Part shown: positions 1-15,238 of the stretch, one piece after another
How the letters are laid out: every line of letters begins with the position of its first letter
Numbering within the stretch: position 1 is the first letter of the stretch
From: Antedon mediterranea
Lineage: Eukaryota > Animalia > Echinodermata
DNA length: 64,000 bases
Direction of reading: 5' to 3'
Assembly: GCF_964355755.1 (NCBI RefSeq)
Contig: NC_092680.1
Coordinates: forward strand, 8,246,001 to 8,310,000
Position numbers and translations under genes: made by a program
Notes under the pieces: generated by a model
Told to the model about the DNA's origin: nothing
Seen by the model: the letters and a program-made list of their open reading frames with translations, nothing else
Database searches by the model: none

Positions 1-2949
1 TATGCTTTCTTAAAATATTGTCAGTCACTAGTTACATAATTTTGTAGTTAGTTCCTTAATCAATTTGGGATTCATGTTACAGGATCTAAACAACAAAAAC
101 GTAGCAAAACATTAAACTTTAAAGTTTAGGTTGTAATGGAGTCTTAAAACAGCTACGATAGCAAAAGCCTTTCTACACAAGTTACTACAGTGCTATGATA
201 GGATTTTAAATTAAAGTGTATTTTATAGTAGCCTATCATTATGTCAATAAAACATAAAAAACAATATAAAAACATAGCCATCGAAATGGCAACCAATTAG
301 TTGAATCGGGCCACTCATTTACATTCGTTAAACAATTTTGTCCAACGACTTGGCAAAGATTGCTAAACCAAATGCAATGTATGCGAATAGTACTTCTTTA
401 TGATGTAATAAGTCTTAGGTCCTACAGTATGCCATCAGAAAAGTGAAAGATTAATAATGTTGACACTGTGCTATTTTTTAACTACAGAACTACACTAAGT
501 TATTCCAAATCTTGGAATCAAAATTGTGACTGTACTGTAATAAGCAGATTAGTTTGAACTTGAATAGTTTATGTTGATACAGTATTTCCGGTGTTTTACA
601 TACAAATTATTAATTACAGTACATCTCTTCTGGTTTAGCTAACCCATATTTTTTGTGTTCTTTGATTTAGCCGTTATCACAGATTTACGACTAGTAATGT
701 TTAGACTATCTATATACTAGCACTTAAATTCAATTTTTTGTAATTCTGTTATTAATATGGTAATAAATTGTAAACTGAACATCATCATGATTGTAACCTA
801 CTATTAAATTGACTCAGTACAAATGAGGAATACTGTACATTGTGAACAGTACACATACACAGTAGTGGACATGTAAACAAACAAATATGTTTACTAAACA
901 TTAATTCATAAATAAATTTAAGCAATTTTTATAGTAGTTACCAACAACACTATCTTTAGTGTTCTGATTACTATGTATTGCTAATAATATTTTGTAGAAA
1001 AAAACTCCCATTTTAAAATATTTACATGGCTAGCTGGTATGATGTACCATAGTATTAGTACTGATACTCCCATGCCTCAAATAGGCTTCAGAAAGAAAAG
1101 TTTGTATAAATCTAACAGTAGTCGGTAGTATAGGCCTAATAGTACCTGTATTGTAGTATACCATATTGTACTTCATCAGTGCAACCACTGAGGAGATATG
1201 GATACAAACTGATAATGCATACAGTACTGTACATGAACCTTGCACTTTACAGTACAATACATTGATTACAATTTGTGGATATGATTGTGTAGATTTGCTT
1301 ACACTGATGAACCAACACCTAAAGTAATAGTTGTTAGGCCTTGTTGATTAATGATAGGATACAGTACTTCCAAACTAAAACATATCCTGATATTATGTTG
1401 TACATAATTAAATTTACACCTTGGGTGGTAATTTAATATTTAACATACTATCATTTTATTATGTTACTTGGATGTGGAAAGCCTTTCCATAATGTTCATT
1501 AGATTAGAGACATATAAAAGCCACAACTTCTAATGACCTGTTTTGGTAGGCAGTATTATATGTAATGATGTGTGAAGGTTACATTACACTCAAATGAATG
1601 TTTGGTTGATAAAACATATAAACATAATATGTTTAGTTTTGTAAAAATAACATTGGTTATGTGATGGAGGTCACACATACAGTATTACACATAACATGCT
1701 AACAATAGATATCAACACAAACAGACAGGGTATACAGGAGAAATGTATTTGTTTGGGATATGGGTCTACACACGAAATAGGTGATAATTTACGTACGTAA
1801 TTTATGTACGTTGATGTTTACTATAAATAATTAATACTATAGAAAATGATCTAGAGTTATTACAATTACGGTTAGAAACACACATTGCTAAATGTATTTG
1901 ATACAGTACAGTATTTCTAAATTGATTTTACCCATATTTTTAACCAATAAATGATCTGTGATGATTGTGAAAGCAATTATTAAATCATTAAAAAAACCAT
2001 GTGTCATAACATAATAATAAATAATTGATTTGTGACAATTTGATTTCAGTATGGTAACTCATGCTCAGATTGTATTTCCAAAAATGCATGTACAGTTACT
2101 GTTACTTTAAGCCTTTACTATAGTAAGTAATACTACAGTATGTTTACTAAAATAAAAAATGATTGCGTTGTTCTACCCGACTTTTTATGTGTATGGTGCC
2201 TCAAGGAAATTACTAATTTTATGCCTCATTTGTTGATTTTTAACGGTTTTACTTATTACATACTGATTTTTATTTTACTTTCAACCAATGGGATATAGGC
2301 CTGGTTCCCAGTAACGGACTGTAATCCAGATCGGGAGCTCTCCTTTTTATCCTAATAAATCGCATCACAGTCTACACTGGAACACCTAATCTGGATTTGC
2401 TTGGCCGATCAGGATATACAGTACATACAGTAGTAGGTTAGCAAGATAGATCAAAAACATGTTACTGATTTATTACAGTACAGTACCTCTGATCTACTGT
2501 ACCATACTATTTCCATGTATTCCTTTGATGGCAGATCAGGGGTTTTTCAGCTCCAAAATACAGTAGTACATATTCCCTTTATTTTTGTGTGCGAATTTCA
2601 ATTTTTGATTTTGTTTAGCTGTAGTGTAACATTCATACGGTATTTAAGCTGAATAGCCAACAAACTGTAGCTCTACTGTACTTTACAGTAGGCATTTACC
2701 TGTACTGTATGTACAGTAATTTTAAAATGAAGACATTATTGTTAATTTTATAATACATTGTGTACATATAGCTTTAAATTTCCCTTCATTCAGGATGTAC
2801 AGTAAGGCCATCAATTATATTTTAGATTTTTCACTGTAGTTAACAGTATATGATTGATATTGGGATGTACAGTAAATTAAGGGTTCGCCATCTTTTCGCA
2901 CCTGTATAATAATATAAAAGCCGATGTTGACACACACTACTGCTCTATT

Positions 2950-3605
2950 AACTAGAAAGCCACTCCGAGAGTGCATACCTCCGCCTACTGTAAAATTCTC
3001 ATACATCAGATTTCTCCAGAAAAATATATATTTATGTGTGTTTTCATTCTAGTTTGTGATTTAGGCTAATTTCACTACAAGCATGTGTATTTGTTGTTGT
3101 AATGGTTATGTAACAAGCCTTTCAATCAATAGCTTCAGTTGACTACAATAGAACAGCAACGCGAAAATCAAACGAGTGAATTTGAAAAGAAATAGGTTTT
3201 TTAAACTACTCGCATCAAAAAAGGTGCACATTAAATCAAATTGTGTTTTAAAATTACAAATCACCAATTATAACTCTTTTTTGGACAAGTGGTTCTCGAG
3301 AAAATGCTATTTCAGTTTACTTGTTACTTTACCTTTTTAAGACTGCCGCCGGCTTTTGAAAAATTCTGTCCTATCTTTTAACACTAGCAGGTCTGAAAAG
3401 TATACTAAAAAGTGGTCCAGAATTGAGACCATGGTCCCAAATGGTCCCAAAATTTAATGGAATGGTCCTTGACAACATACAGTATATCTGTATATCATTT
3501 TGGTAATGATCTTATAATTAATTTTTGAGTAATCCTGCTAACAAACAAACAGACAGACAAACAAACACATGCGATCGATTACATATACATCCTTGGTGGA
3601 GGTAA
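2950..3605 (-). mobile_element. Helentron-associated non-autonomous element (HINE/DINE-1-like), copy 1
   Basis: Minus strand reads TTACCTCCACCAAGG, then a (GTTT/GTCT)n microsatellite, then sub-terminal inverted repeat GGCGGAGGTAT, hairpin CACTC-TCG-GAGTG and TTTCTAGTT. A close second copy lies at 22933-23625. Confidence 0.75.
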
Positions 3606-4854
3606 ATTACAGAATGATAGCGTTATATTTGGCTAATTGTTTCTATTTTGGAAAATCAGTTTCTTTTTCTGTTTTAGATTGGATATTTTTATTTTTAATT
3701 GCGTGAATAGTTCTAAATTTCTGTTGTGCAAAATTGGCTCAATATACTGAAAAATTAATTGCCTATAATGCATTTTGTTAAAATTATTTGCCTGATGCCC
3801 AGCTCTGATCTGTATGTCTAGACTGTGGCCAAAAGGATTTGATCTTTTAGTCAGTATGTTTTTGTTTCACTGTTTTGAAAGTGAATTTAAATTGATGCAT
3901 ACTGTACAATACGCCTATTTGTTGGTGGTTTGGGTTTGGAATATTTTTGTTTATTCATGGAATGTTGTGTTGTGTGAAAGGTAGGCATATTGTTATCACT
4001 ATGTTTTGTGTAAATAAAAATATATTAATTTATTGTAAATGTCATATTTTGAAATATATTCTGTGCACTACAATATTTGTACGTTCGACAATGTAAACAA
4101 TCCTAGCAGAGAGACAAGTGTGGAAGATTACAAGCACAGCCTTGGCCTATGTTATCAAAGGGAAACAGTTCAGAGTGTGGGCATGTTATCAGACTTGTGC
4201 GTTGTAGGTCAGGAGGGTTTTGTGCACGTGGTTACAGTCCATGAATCAGCAGTTGTTGCCAGGTTGGAGAATGTCGTGCCCTCTCATGGTGACCCCACTG
4301 AAATGGGGCATTTCCTTGAACGTTGATCTCTGGAGACATTGAATTGATGTATGTAAATTTAACTCTTCCTAGGTCATTTTAGAACTTGTTACGATTATTT
4401 AAAGTAACTACTTACTGTACAGGATCCAAATATAACTGTAACTATTAGCAGACTTACACTTACAGGGGAAAAGTACAACAAATCTCTTAGTTATTGGATA
4501 AGCACAGTTTCTGATTGTAAATAAACAATTTATACAATAATTGATATGATGTAAAGATTTAATAAATTATTTTTACAACTTTTCACAACTAAAAAATAGT
4601 GTTGTAATTTTATTATTTATACTACAGTACTGTACCTATAGTACATTTAAAGACACAACTTATGTTAAATTCTAACTTGTAATTAATAAATAGTAGTAAA
4701 ACAATTTGAGAATAAATTATATTGAAATCAGTTAAGAAAAAAAAAAAAGTGTTTGATTGAAAACAATTACGTTGCCCAGTTAAATAATATAGTATTATAC
4801 CTATTGAATTTAGACACAAATTAAAGTTAAATTGTATAAAAAATGTTTTTGGTC

Positions 4855-5017
4855 TAAATCTTGTCTAAACAAAGTCTATCAAACTTCATTTGAGAAAAAA
4901 AATGTGATGTGCCCATAATGGACATGATGATGTCCTATTATATTTGGGCATATCAACACCATATTTGGGAACATCACACTTTTTGTCACAAAGTTTGATA
5001 GTGTAGACATAGCTTTA
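4855..5017. mobile_element. Short palindromic MITE, same family as 39773-39982
   Basis: Inverted arms CTATCAAACT...TGTGATGTGCCCA / TGGGAACATCACA...AGTTTGATAGTGTAGACA are shared with the copy at 39773. Confidence 0.6.
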
Positions 5018-8000
5018 GAGGAAAAAATCCTACAGATAGTGATGTATAGAAGGGAATTTTATTGTTCAAGATGCTCAAGGCAAACTGTATTCAGATAACA
5101 TTAATTAATTTTGTTTGTTGTTTCCATACTGAACTGTGCTGTACTGTATGTTTTCTTTTATATCACTGACAAATTGTCTGGTGATGAATCTTCTGATTCT
5201 CCAACTAATATCTCACAATGGCACCCTATCCTTTACATCTAGAGGTTAAATTGTCTACTGACGTAAACAGCAAATGTTACAATGAACTTTTTCAACTATA
5301 ATCAAACTAATTATTCTTAATTATTTTGTCTTCTCTAATAGTGAAGTACAGTACAGGAGTGCAGTATGGTAAAATACTACATCGCTTATTGTAATTATTA
5401 CTGTAAAGTTGGATGTTTAAAAGACAATCTATAAATATTATGGTCCCATTTGCAATTTACAGTATATTTAAACTACAGTTTATAATCAATTATAATCATT
5501 TTTTATTGATTATTTTTCAATACCACAGTAATAATATGAGTGTATTAAATTATAGTATTTTTTTGTGAGAACCTTGGATTTATCTATCTATTTTTACTAC
5601 GATACCATTGGTTCTAAGAAGTTTGACCCTTATCATCTTAATATCTCGCTCTTTTTAGTAAGAATTACTGCTGTACTCCCATGAAAATGATTTTTTAAAC
5701 CATATTATTATTACTATAGGTTCAGAAAATATTTTGCAATTTAATAAATAATTTAATAGCATTTAAATTGTGTTAATCATTCTAATATTGTCCCACTTCA
5801 GTTTAAAGTCTGAGAATGTACTGTATAATTATGATGATAAAAGTTTAATCAGTGACAGATCCAGAATTTTTTTTATTAATGGAGGAGCATTTTAAAAGGT
5901 ATCAAAAAGTAGTTGTACTGTAGTTATTGTAAAAGTAATAATTTAATTTTATTTAGCTTTCATCAAATTTGGACTTCTGTTACGTAGTATTATCTGTTAT
6001 TAATGTAAAGTTTAAAAAAAGGATCCAAGTAAGGCTTGATCTTTGTTGATAATGATTTCTATTGGGATTTTTTATAGTCAGCATTAAACTAACACAAGAA
6101 CTAACGGCAGCATGTCTTGAGTGGATTAATACCATGATTCCGTTAAAAAACACAGCATTAAAACATCGACATGAGCCACCGAAATTGATTTATAGTGCAA
6201 AACTATATTTAGTATATAAACATTGGTTTGAAATTTCTACTGTCAAGTTTACTTAAACCCTCAGTAACAACATAGTTATTAGTATATTAATTCATACGAT
6301 ATTAAATGATATATTGTATGTTGAATTATTACGTTGCGACTGTTTGTATTGTGAGAACTTTGCAGTAAATGTTTACTATCTTTAGCATACTGCAGCTGTT
6401 TGTACCTTCAGAATTGAAAAGTCTCATAATTACCGAGTTTGTGGATTATTCTCTTGCATTACAATGATTAAGCATTGTTCTACTTTTCTTCCTCAAGGTT
6501 TTTATGTATACAATAATTTCTTGTTTTATAATAAGAATTAGAAGTGATATTTGAGAATATTGATTCTTCCTTGGCTTTTTATTGATATTCCAAGACTACA
6601 GTAGGGGGTATTTTTGCAATCAATTGAATTTAAAGTAAAAATCCAAACTGTATGGGAATAAAGTTCATTTGATGGTAAAATAAAAACATTTTGCAGGTAA
6701 AGTACTTTTTGCAGAAAACTATTGTAATTTTGGTTAAAAAAATGTATATGCAATTATTGCCTATACAGTAGATACTGCGACCATTAAGTGTTCAGATGTG
6801 TGGAAACGGCGACTTGGATTACTGTAGTTCATTTTCATGTTTGGTACCTCATATACAGTAGCTAATAGAAAAATAAACACAAATTCATATCCCGAACTTA
6901 AAAATACTGTCTTTTTTGGTCCATTGTCTAGAGATCTGCATGGTTAAATGTGTAGTGTACAGTTATCGTCCCGACACGAAAACTCAATAATACCATTTTC
7001 TAAAATATTACTTTTCTACCACGTTCAGTACAGTATGTTGTACTTTTTGTTGTACATTAAGAAGGATGATCATAAACATGATACGTAAATTCACTGCCAT
7101 TCTCTTTGATTTGCAAGATAGTACATTATTTTTCAAGTAACTGCTTTGTTTGTTGGTGAAGTTGTCGTTAATGAACTCATTTTATGCTATTTAGTTTCGA
7201 TTCTTAAGCCTCGGATTTCTTATCTCGCTACCTTGAAAATGCAGAGATGAACTTGGGCATAAGTGACTTGTAGTATTGATGGTGTATTTTATAGGCTCAT
7301 ATGCAGTACAGTAGAGTTAGTGATTTTCCTTCTTAATTACCTTCCTTATTTTATGAGTGTGTAGTACTAATTTTGACATGGATGCTTAAAGTACTTTAAA
7401 ATATCTAATTTTAAAAGTAACTAGGCTAGTCTCTGACGTCATTCATCTCTTTGTATAAAAGCTTGTATGAATTGGTACATTCTAGGAAACTAAATTTAAC
7501 AATTGATTTCCTTCATTCAAGGATACAAATTTAAAGGTTGTCCTGGTTGTCTCAGGATATGTGTGTATGTCCACTCCATTTTATTTTTTATTAATTTGAT
7601 ATAATATTTCCTTTTCGATTTATTATAGTTTGGCATTGTGGCTTATGTCTTATGCAATCGAGATAATAATAGCCCAAGAGAAAATATTAGCCAAATGACT
7701 GGGAAGATAAACTCATTGGATCTTATCCTTTCTTAGTCTTAGTTGCCTCTTTAGATCTTCATTAAGATTTTATGAGGATTAAAGAATTACAGTTTTTCTT
7801 ACCATAAACATGACTAGCTTGTTGTTTTTAAACTTTAAAGGAGATTTATTTAATACCAACTGCTCATAAAGCCACTGAATTGACCAGGTATTTTTGCCTG
7901 ATCCTTGTCTCTTTTAATAGTTTTGTCACAGTGATGACGACACAGTAGAAATGAATACACAAATGTATAGTAAATAGTTTATTTTTATTTTTTTATTTAT

Positions 8001-8142
8001 TTATTCGGTATAATAAAAATACAGCCAATTACAAAACGACAAAACAAGGACTGAAATGAATTGCATTACAAATATATAAAAATTGGATAAAATAGCTATA
8101 AAAAATACAACCATCCTATTAAAATTAAATATCAAACAATGC

Positions 8143-8415
8143 ATGTTTATGTTATGTTTATGTTTTTTTTTATGTTTATGTTGTTTTTTTATGTTTATAT
8201 TGTTTTTTTTATGTTTATGTTGTTTTTTTTATGTTTATGTTGTTTTTTTTATGTTTATGTTATGTTTATGTTGTTTTTTTATGTTTATGTTGTTTTTTTT
8301 ATGTTTATATTTTTTTTTATGTTTATGTTGTTTTTTTTATGTTTATGTTATGTTTATGTTGTTTATGTTGTTTTTTTTATGTTTATGTTTTTTTGTGCAT
8401 GTATGTTTATTGTTT
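8143..8415. repeat. T-rich minisatellite (ATGTTTATGTTGTTTTTTT)n
   Basis: Visible tandem units of about 10 and 20 bp. They explain the three overlapping Phe/Leu/Cys ORFs. Confidence 0.9.
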
Positions 8416-10991
8416 ATCTTGATTATGTAAATATATTGAATCAATAAAAATGTCATTCAAACTGCGATTTTTTACAGTACTAGTTTTTTGAAGGAATAAG
8501 TAAATACAGTACAGTAGTAGTACCTTTTCAGCTTTACCTATAACAAATCACAGAGAGATAGGTTTAGGATTCAAGATGATTTTTGTTTTAATATTTTGAG
8601 AATACAGGATACAGTATTCACCCTTCATACAGTAGCCATGCAGGTGAATAAATAAGGAGTTCTTTACTATGCATAATGTTTGTTTTTATATGAATCTATG
8701 AATGTCAACAGGCTTGAATTGTAGCATTCAATTGTACTGTACTGTAGTAGAGGTAGTACAGTAATACTGCAAAAAAAGTGCTCAAAATAATTTGTTTACT
8801 GTTAATACTACAGTTACTAGAATCCATCCTGGTCATGACATGTTATTTTACTTTTTAATTTTTTTCTTTAAATTAAATCTTAAAAAGATAAATTAGATCA
8901 GTTCTATCTGTGCACATGGTGTTATATCCCATTTAACACACAAAATCTTAACTCAGTTTAAAAAGATTGTTCCTGGGAAATATCCAGTGACAATTTGTGT
9001 TGTTGTACAGTATGGTACCTGTAGTATTAGACTTTTTTATATAGTTCAGTATTTATTTTAATACTTTATTTTTCTAGGAACTATAAAATAAATAATACTA
9101 ATACTAAGATCACAAAGCTTGGGAAAACGGAATTTATAAAAAATAAAAATGTGTTTTTTTGCTCTGGAAAAATTTGACAAACGTTAATATAATTATATAA
9201 GTATAAAATAATACACTTGGAAAAGGATTATAGAATGCTTAAGTTGTAGTTCATTGACTTGATAGGTTTTAGTTGAATGGATTATCCATAGTTTAGTAGT
9301 TGCTACCAATCTTATTGAGAGATTGATCATAGATAAAGTCTGGCATGACTTCAAGTTGATGGCTTCCTCAACTTACTGAAGAAGAAGAAGAAGAAGCAGA
9401 AGGCACTAATTAAAATGATCTTTATTAATATGCATTGGCGATGACTTTGCATCAGTAATGATTGCATGATGTTAGGTTTGTCAAGGGACATGGAATCTTC
9501 TTTCACTATTGTTTTTATCCCATACTATAAAGTAAACTTATAGTGAGCATTTCTAATAAAAACAATTGTTACATGGAACCATTGAAAATGCTGGAAAGTA
9601 AATTTAAATATTTAAGACCGCTGCAGTAGCAGTAGGATTTTTTAATGATTGAAGAATTGAAAAAAGAGCTATAACCTACTGTACTTCAATAATGGGCAAT
9701 AATGTCGATTGATTGACGGACTGGAAAAAAACAATCTGTTAAAAGAAGATAATGTTTAAAGGTTCTCTGATGGCTTGTTGTGGGCCTGTCGCCAATATTA
9801 TGTGTATTATCCCATAATCTGTACACTACAAAAATGAAATTGAAGAGATTTTGACTGGAAAATATGTACGACATTAGTATTCTTATTTAATGTCATTTCA
9901 ATTGGGAAACCTTTGTGATCAGCAGAAAATCTGTTTTTTTTTTTTCAGATGGTTAATTAACGTCTGCTTGTTTGTTGAGTACTATCTGAACATACTCAAC
10001 AAAATAACAATACTCAAAATTAAAGTCCACAATCGAATACGTCAATTATTATTATTTATTTTTTATACAACATTTACACATTTTAAAGGATTTTACCTGC
10101 TTAAACGATCTTGAACAATAACATGTACTGTATACTGTCAACCATTCCTATTTATAATATAAAATAGATTTTAGTATTAAAGTATTTCCACAGCTAAAAG
10201 CTGGCCATCTTGATTTCAAGAATGCCGCAAAGAAGAAAATGTTTAGTTGCATACACTATAATATTTCATCCTATCGTAGCAATACAGTACAGTAGCTAGT
10301 TGAAAAAAACAGCAAAGATATGTAATGAGTTGATCAGAAACAGCCTCATTTCAACATGTTCTTCAAAACTTCAACACTTTCTAAGAAGTCGGGACCGTTG
10401 ACATAGTGTTGAATCTGTCAGTTAGTCTGATCAGCCGGTGAAAATGAAAGCATTTCAATACAAATTACCTTAAGACACAGCCACACTTACAGTAGATTCG
10501 TTTCGCTTTCAGTTGAAACAAGTCCCAACGCAGTGACCTGAAAATTTAAATGCATATTTCTGCTTTTATTTGGTTTAAATAGCAACGATCTACATTTAGA
10601 AAAACATGGTAATTTATACTTATAGACTAGAATAATTCTTCGATCAATTAACCGTTTTCTGTGATCTTATGCAGTCTGCAGCACATAATTATTATTACCA
10701 GAAATTAAAAGTATATATTTTTGTAAATATTTTTAAATAATTTTGTTCAGTAATAAATTATATATTTATTTAGAAACAATCAGGGAATGATTTCGCCAGT
10801 GTAGCATAGCAAAAAGCTATACAAAACAACCATTTTGCTACAAATTTCTAAATTGTGTAGCAAAAAATACAATACAAAACTATGCTTCTCGACTAAAAAA
10901 TCAGTTTGATTAGCAATATTGCTAAACAAAATTTTAAAATGAAAATTTCATAAATATATAATTTATTACTATTTTTCTTCTTTTTTTTTAG

Positions 10992-11073
10992 GTTACAATT
11001 ACATTCAGTTATATAAACATTGTTATGGTTTTATCTGAAGACTTATTGTCAGTTAATCAGTATAAATAAACAG
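10992..11073 (+). other. mef2: Candidate non-coding 5'UTR exon of mef2
   Basis: Long pyrimidine tract ending TTAG| at 10991 and a consensus donor CAG|GTAAGT at 11073, giving 82 nt upstream of the ATG exon. Confidence 0.6.
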
Positions 11074-11810
11074 GTAAGTGAATTAATTTTGTTTTGATAG
11101 TTTGTTATAACAACATGTTTACTGTAGTTTGAGAAGTTATAGCACTAACCTGTGATATAGTCTGCATATTGTGTGGGTCTGTTTCTGCTGCATAGAGCCA
11201 AATAAATTGTTTATTTCAATATTATATATCTATATCAACTATATTTCTTCTAAACTTGTTGTACTCCTAAATAACCATTTTAATCAGTGGATGGTTGTCG
11301 ATGGAAACAGAAATTACCCAAAATGCAATGGCCTGTGGCAGTCGATTCAAATGTTGATTAAAGGTAAAGCAACTGTCAATCAAATATTCATTATTTAGCG
11401 GTAAAAGTTGCATAGCAATAACCGGTTAAACTATAATAAAAGGAATTAAGTATAAAGTAAACCTTTACAACATTGTTGATAACCCCAATTTATAATTTCC
11501 TTTCTATTATAACATTACAAAAAATGTACTTATTTTACAACCATTTATTCTGCTTCACTGCTGTCAAAAAATAAGCGAGTTTAATATTATCGATGATATT
11601 TTATAATACAAACATAGAAATGTTAAATACTACCTATTGAGCAATATAGTACAGTACATGAATTTAGTACTGTAGCCATGATGTGAAATGATTTTGTGTC
11701 TGGAAGGATGATGATGATGAACAAATTGCAGGAGAATTGAAGGAATTCAATCTAGACTTGCCTGCCTGACTTCAAACTAGAAGCTTCCCTGTTCAATCGC
11801 AGTTCAACAG

Positions 11811-12348
11811 CAGGGGTGGATTGCTATAAAACAGTCTTAACTGATGGTCTTAACTCCCCGATTAAAGCCGGCTTTATCAGATAGACGGTCTTATTAAAGC
11901 CACTCCTGATAGACCATTGCTATAAAACAGTCTTAAATAAGACCACGTAAAGTAACAAATTGAGACGTACTTTGCGCGTAGAATACCAAATAAGGTAATG
12001 TTCGTCACGCTTGTTCAATTCACAAATCATAACAGTACGTACATTTATACACGAGAAAATCTATTCTAGGCCTATATAAAAGAATAAAATCACCGTTATT
12101 ATTTGATTTAACACTTAAAACTCGTTCAATTGGTTATCTTTGACGATAAATAATACGTAAAAGCAACAAAAAGAGAGGTTTAAGACTGTTTTAAGACTCC
12201 TTCGAGTAGGCTTTAATTTTAAAGACCGTTTACAGGTTAGACCGCGGTATAGCAATGGTCTATAATATAAGACTACTTGCTACGTCACGAATTATAGCCG
12301 GCTAAGCGCTAAGACCGGTTATAGACCGCTTATAGCAATCCGCCCCTG
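11811..12348. mobile_element. Non-autonomous DNA transposon (PIF/Harbinger-like MITE)
   Basis: TIR CAGGGG(T/C)GGATTGCTATAA matches at 18/19, with internal sub-terminal repeats. The CAG/CTG ends may be a CWG target, but no exact TSD is resolved. Confidence 0.75.
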
Positions 12349-14749
12349 GTGTACAACCAGTTTGAAAGTTGTAGTAAAGTCACAAGCATGGAATAATATC
12401 ACGGTTTTCATTGATCAATAAAATAATAAAGTTGAAATTGTATTTTGTGAAACATGCATTTACGTAACATTCTGTTTTAGAAAAGTTATAAACTCACTGT
12501 CAAGTGTCAGTTTTTCCAGGAATAGTGAAGAGCATTTTTTTTATCTCAAAAAAGTATTTCTGTCATAATAGGAATACTTAAGATGGAAATAGCACAAACT
12601 AAAAAATAAAATAAAATGTGGGTGATGGCAAATCCTTTTGCGACTGTTAAACCTAGGGGGAGTTTTATCTCTGTTTTACGGACTTCCTTACTTTAAGACG
12701 CTGCTTTTACTTGGAGGTGGAACAGCTAGCTGCCTCAAGTGCTCATTTCTGCATCTTAGAAGAAGAATTTTATATTTTTGGCTTAGTGTTAAAAAATCTA
12801 TTCGGCATGTAAAAGTAAATTAATCGTAAGCCACAGGCTGAGGGAAATGGCAAGGTTATATTTTTCTAGTATGTTAGTTTAATCAATTTTGTTGTGATTT
12901 TGTTTGTTTTTCACTAAAATAACACAAACCTGCTGACTTTTAAAGGCAATAATAAATGTCCCCAAAAAAATTTGATTTAAAATATTTTGATTTTAATATT
13001 ATATAAATTAAGTAACAAAAATAGTTATATTTGATAATCAGGATTTTGATTAATGTCGTAATGACTGGGTATATTGCATTGCAGTACCAGGAGGCCTGGG
13101 TGTGAAATAGTCTTCTGTCTGAATTTAGCCTACTCTAATAAATGCCCCCTCTGACATTTTTTTCCATATTGTATTATGAGTGCTCAATAGAATTGAGTAT
13201 ATTTCACTTCATTTCCCAGCACAATGGACTTATTGCTGTTCAAACAACTAGCACACGGGATCAGGCCTAAGCACATTAACTTGTTTCTCAACAAATAACA
13301 CACTTATTAACTGTTTTAAAGCAGCTTGTTTAGGTAATTTTAGGTGTTAAAATTCACCTCCAATAAATTCCCCCACTTTTGAAAAAATGCAAATGCAATA
13401 CAAAAATCTATACGATAAATTAAATAATGTGACTATACAGTATTTGAGTGTGAAATCATACTCATGGTAGTACTGTAGATAACAGATAAAACAGATTTTA
13501 TCCTCCTGACTGTAAATAAGGTAATTAAATGGTGTAATTAGCACAATCCAATTAAAAGTTTCTTGCTGTCCATATGTATTATCTTTACAAATATCAACAA
13601 AGCCACTGTTGTTTTGCTGTTTGTGTAGGGGATTTTATTAAAATGAACATTGAAATTTTCCTTGGTCATTGATTGAAATGTGGTGTCATTGTTTAACGAA
13701 ATGTCATTTGATGTGGCTCATGTCGGGCAGTCTGGATATTAACCTACGTTCTGATAAGGCATTACCTGTCTGCGACGGAAACACATTGACTTGAGTAATA
13801 ATTTGAATTAGTTTCGTTGGCATTTGTAGTTAGGTACTCGACAATTTTGAATGTGTTTAGGTTGAATCGCTAGATGAGAGGTTTTTCTGTTGCGAGCATA
13901 AAGCAAGGCCTTAATTAATCAAAATTTCTACAGTATTTCAGAAAGGATTGTTTTAAGCCTAGTACAAGTAGATGCAATTTGTTAGGTACAGTAGGACCGG
14001 CCAAAAAATAGTCTATTTACTAGCAGTGTAGCACTATACTGTTGCTCAGATGCTGGAAATGGTACATTGGTCTGAGTACTGTCCTACAAAAGTGTGGCAA
14101 TATTGCTCAAGCACCTTGTATTCAGTAGCTGGTAATAAGTGCTTCAGAAAACCTCTGATCTGTTTCCTGTTCAGAAAGCTGTAGCCAGGTGTTTATTGGA
14201 GTTCATGGGTAACTAGGTACTTGACCTTTCTGTCATAGTACATCACATTTTTCTTCATAATCTGCAATTTTATTTTTGTTATTGTCATTCATTTTGAAAA
14301 ACACATGTTTAGGAAATTTCTTGTTAGTGCAATCATTTAAAATAAATTACACAAAAAATAACATTTTTATTGGATAATTCAATTGAGCAAAAATCGTACA
14401 TTTCTATTGATAAAAGGTATGGCCAAATAGATACAATTATTAATAGGGTCTTGTTTTTACGAAAACTGAACGACACCGGATAATAATTTAAATGTTTGTA
14501 CAAAATTGCATGATTTGCATAGAATTCTCATAAAATCCTTTATATATTTATTACTGCACAGTTCCAAAGGACCATGAGTAAGCACCCTGAAAATTTACCG
14601 GGTCAACTCTTTCCTCCGAAGCTCCACTCAATCCAGACAACCATTAAAAACTTGTCAGGAGAGATTCATCCATCATATTGAATCCCATGCTCAGATAGAA
14701 AATCCCACCCCCTAATTTAGGCTAAATTTAGAAACCAGACCTTGTATAA

Positions 14750-15238
14750 CAGGCCCGTAGCCAGGGGGGTTTTTTGGGGTTCGCTTGAACCCCCCCTTTT
14801 GCGCGAACCCCCCTTTCACCAGCGCCACTTCCAAAAATCGTGCAATTAATTATCAATTATAGCAGATTTTTTGGTCATTTTACTTCTACTGACTATGTTT
14901 AAATCGATCGAATATACAGAGTGTCCGATGTCAAAGTCACTGCTGAGCGTGAGATCGACAGATTGTTGAGAGTTGATGGTTATAAAATAGACTGACCAAT
15001 CGCGTGCTTCGGCCGGGCTTTTCGGGACGACGCACAACATCACGTTGTACTATATAATTTCTCTGCATAACTCAGATTTTAGTAGGTAAAAAATGTCTCT
15101 GTAAGCTGATTAAAACAACCGAAATTGCTCTGAGAGCCAAAGCTCCGGCCGGAGCTGTAGGCTGGCCCCCAGCCTACAGTTGCTCGCTGCGCTCGCAAAA
15201 TACTTGGTGTCAACAGATGCATTCTGGCTACGGGCCTG
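14750..15238. mobile_element. hAT-like MITE with 5-bp TSD (hAT5-type)
   Basis: Perfect 15-bp TIR CAGGCCCGTAGCCAG, with TATAA on both flanks. Confidence 0.85.

Noticed and set aside
4039-4326. 95-aa ORF in a GC-richer patch
   Set aside because: It has no recognisable domain or exon boundaries and is more likely non-coding sequence.
8083-8447. Three overlapping hydrophobic ORFs
   Set aside because: They are translations of a stop-poor T-rich minisatellite.
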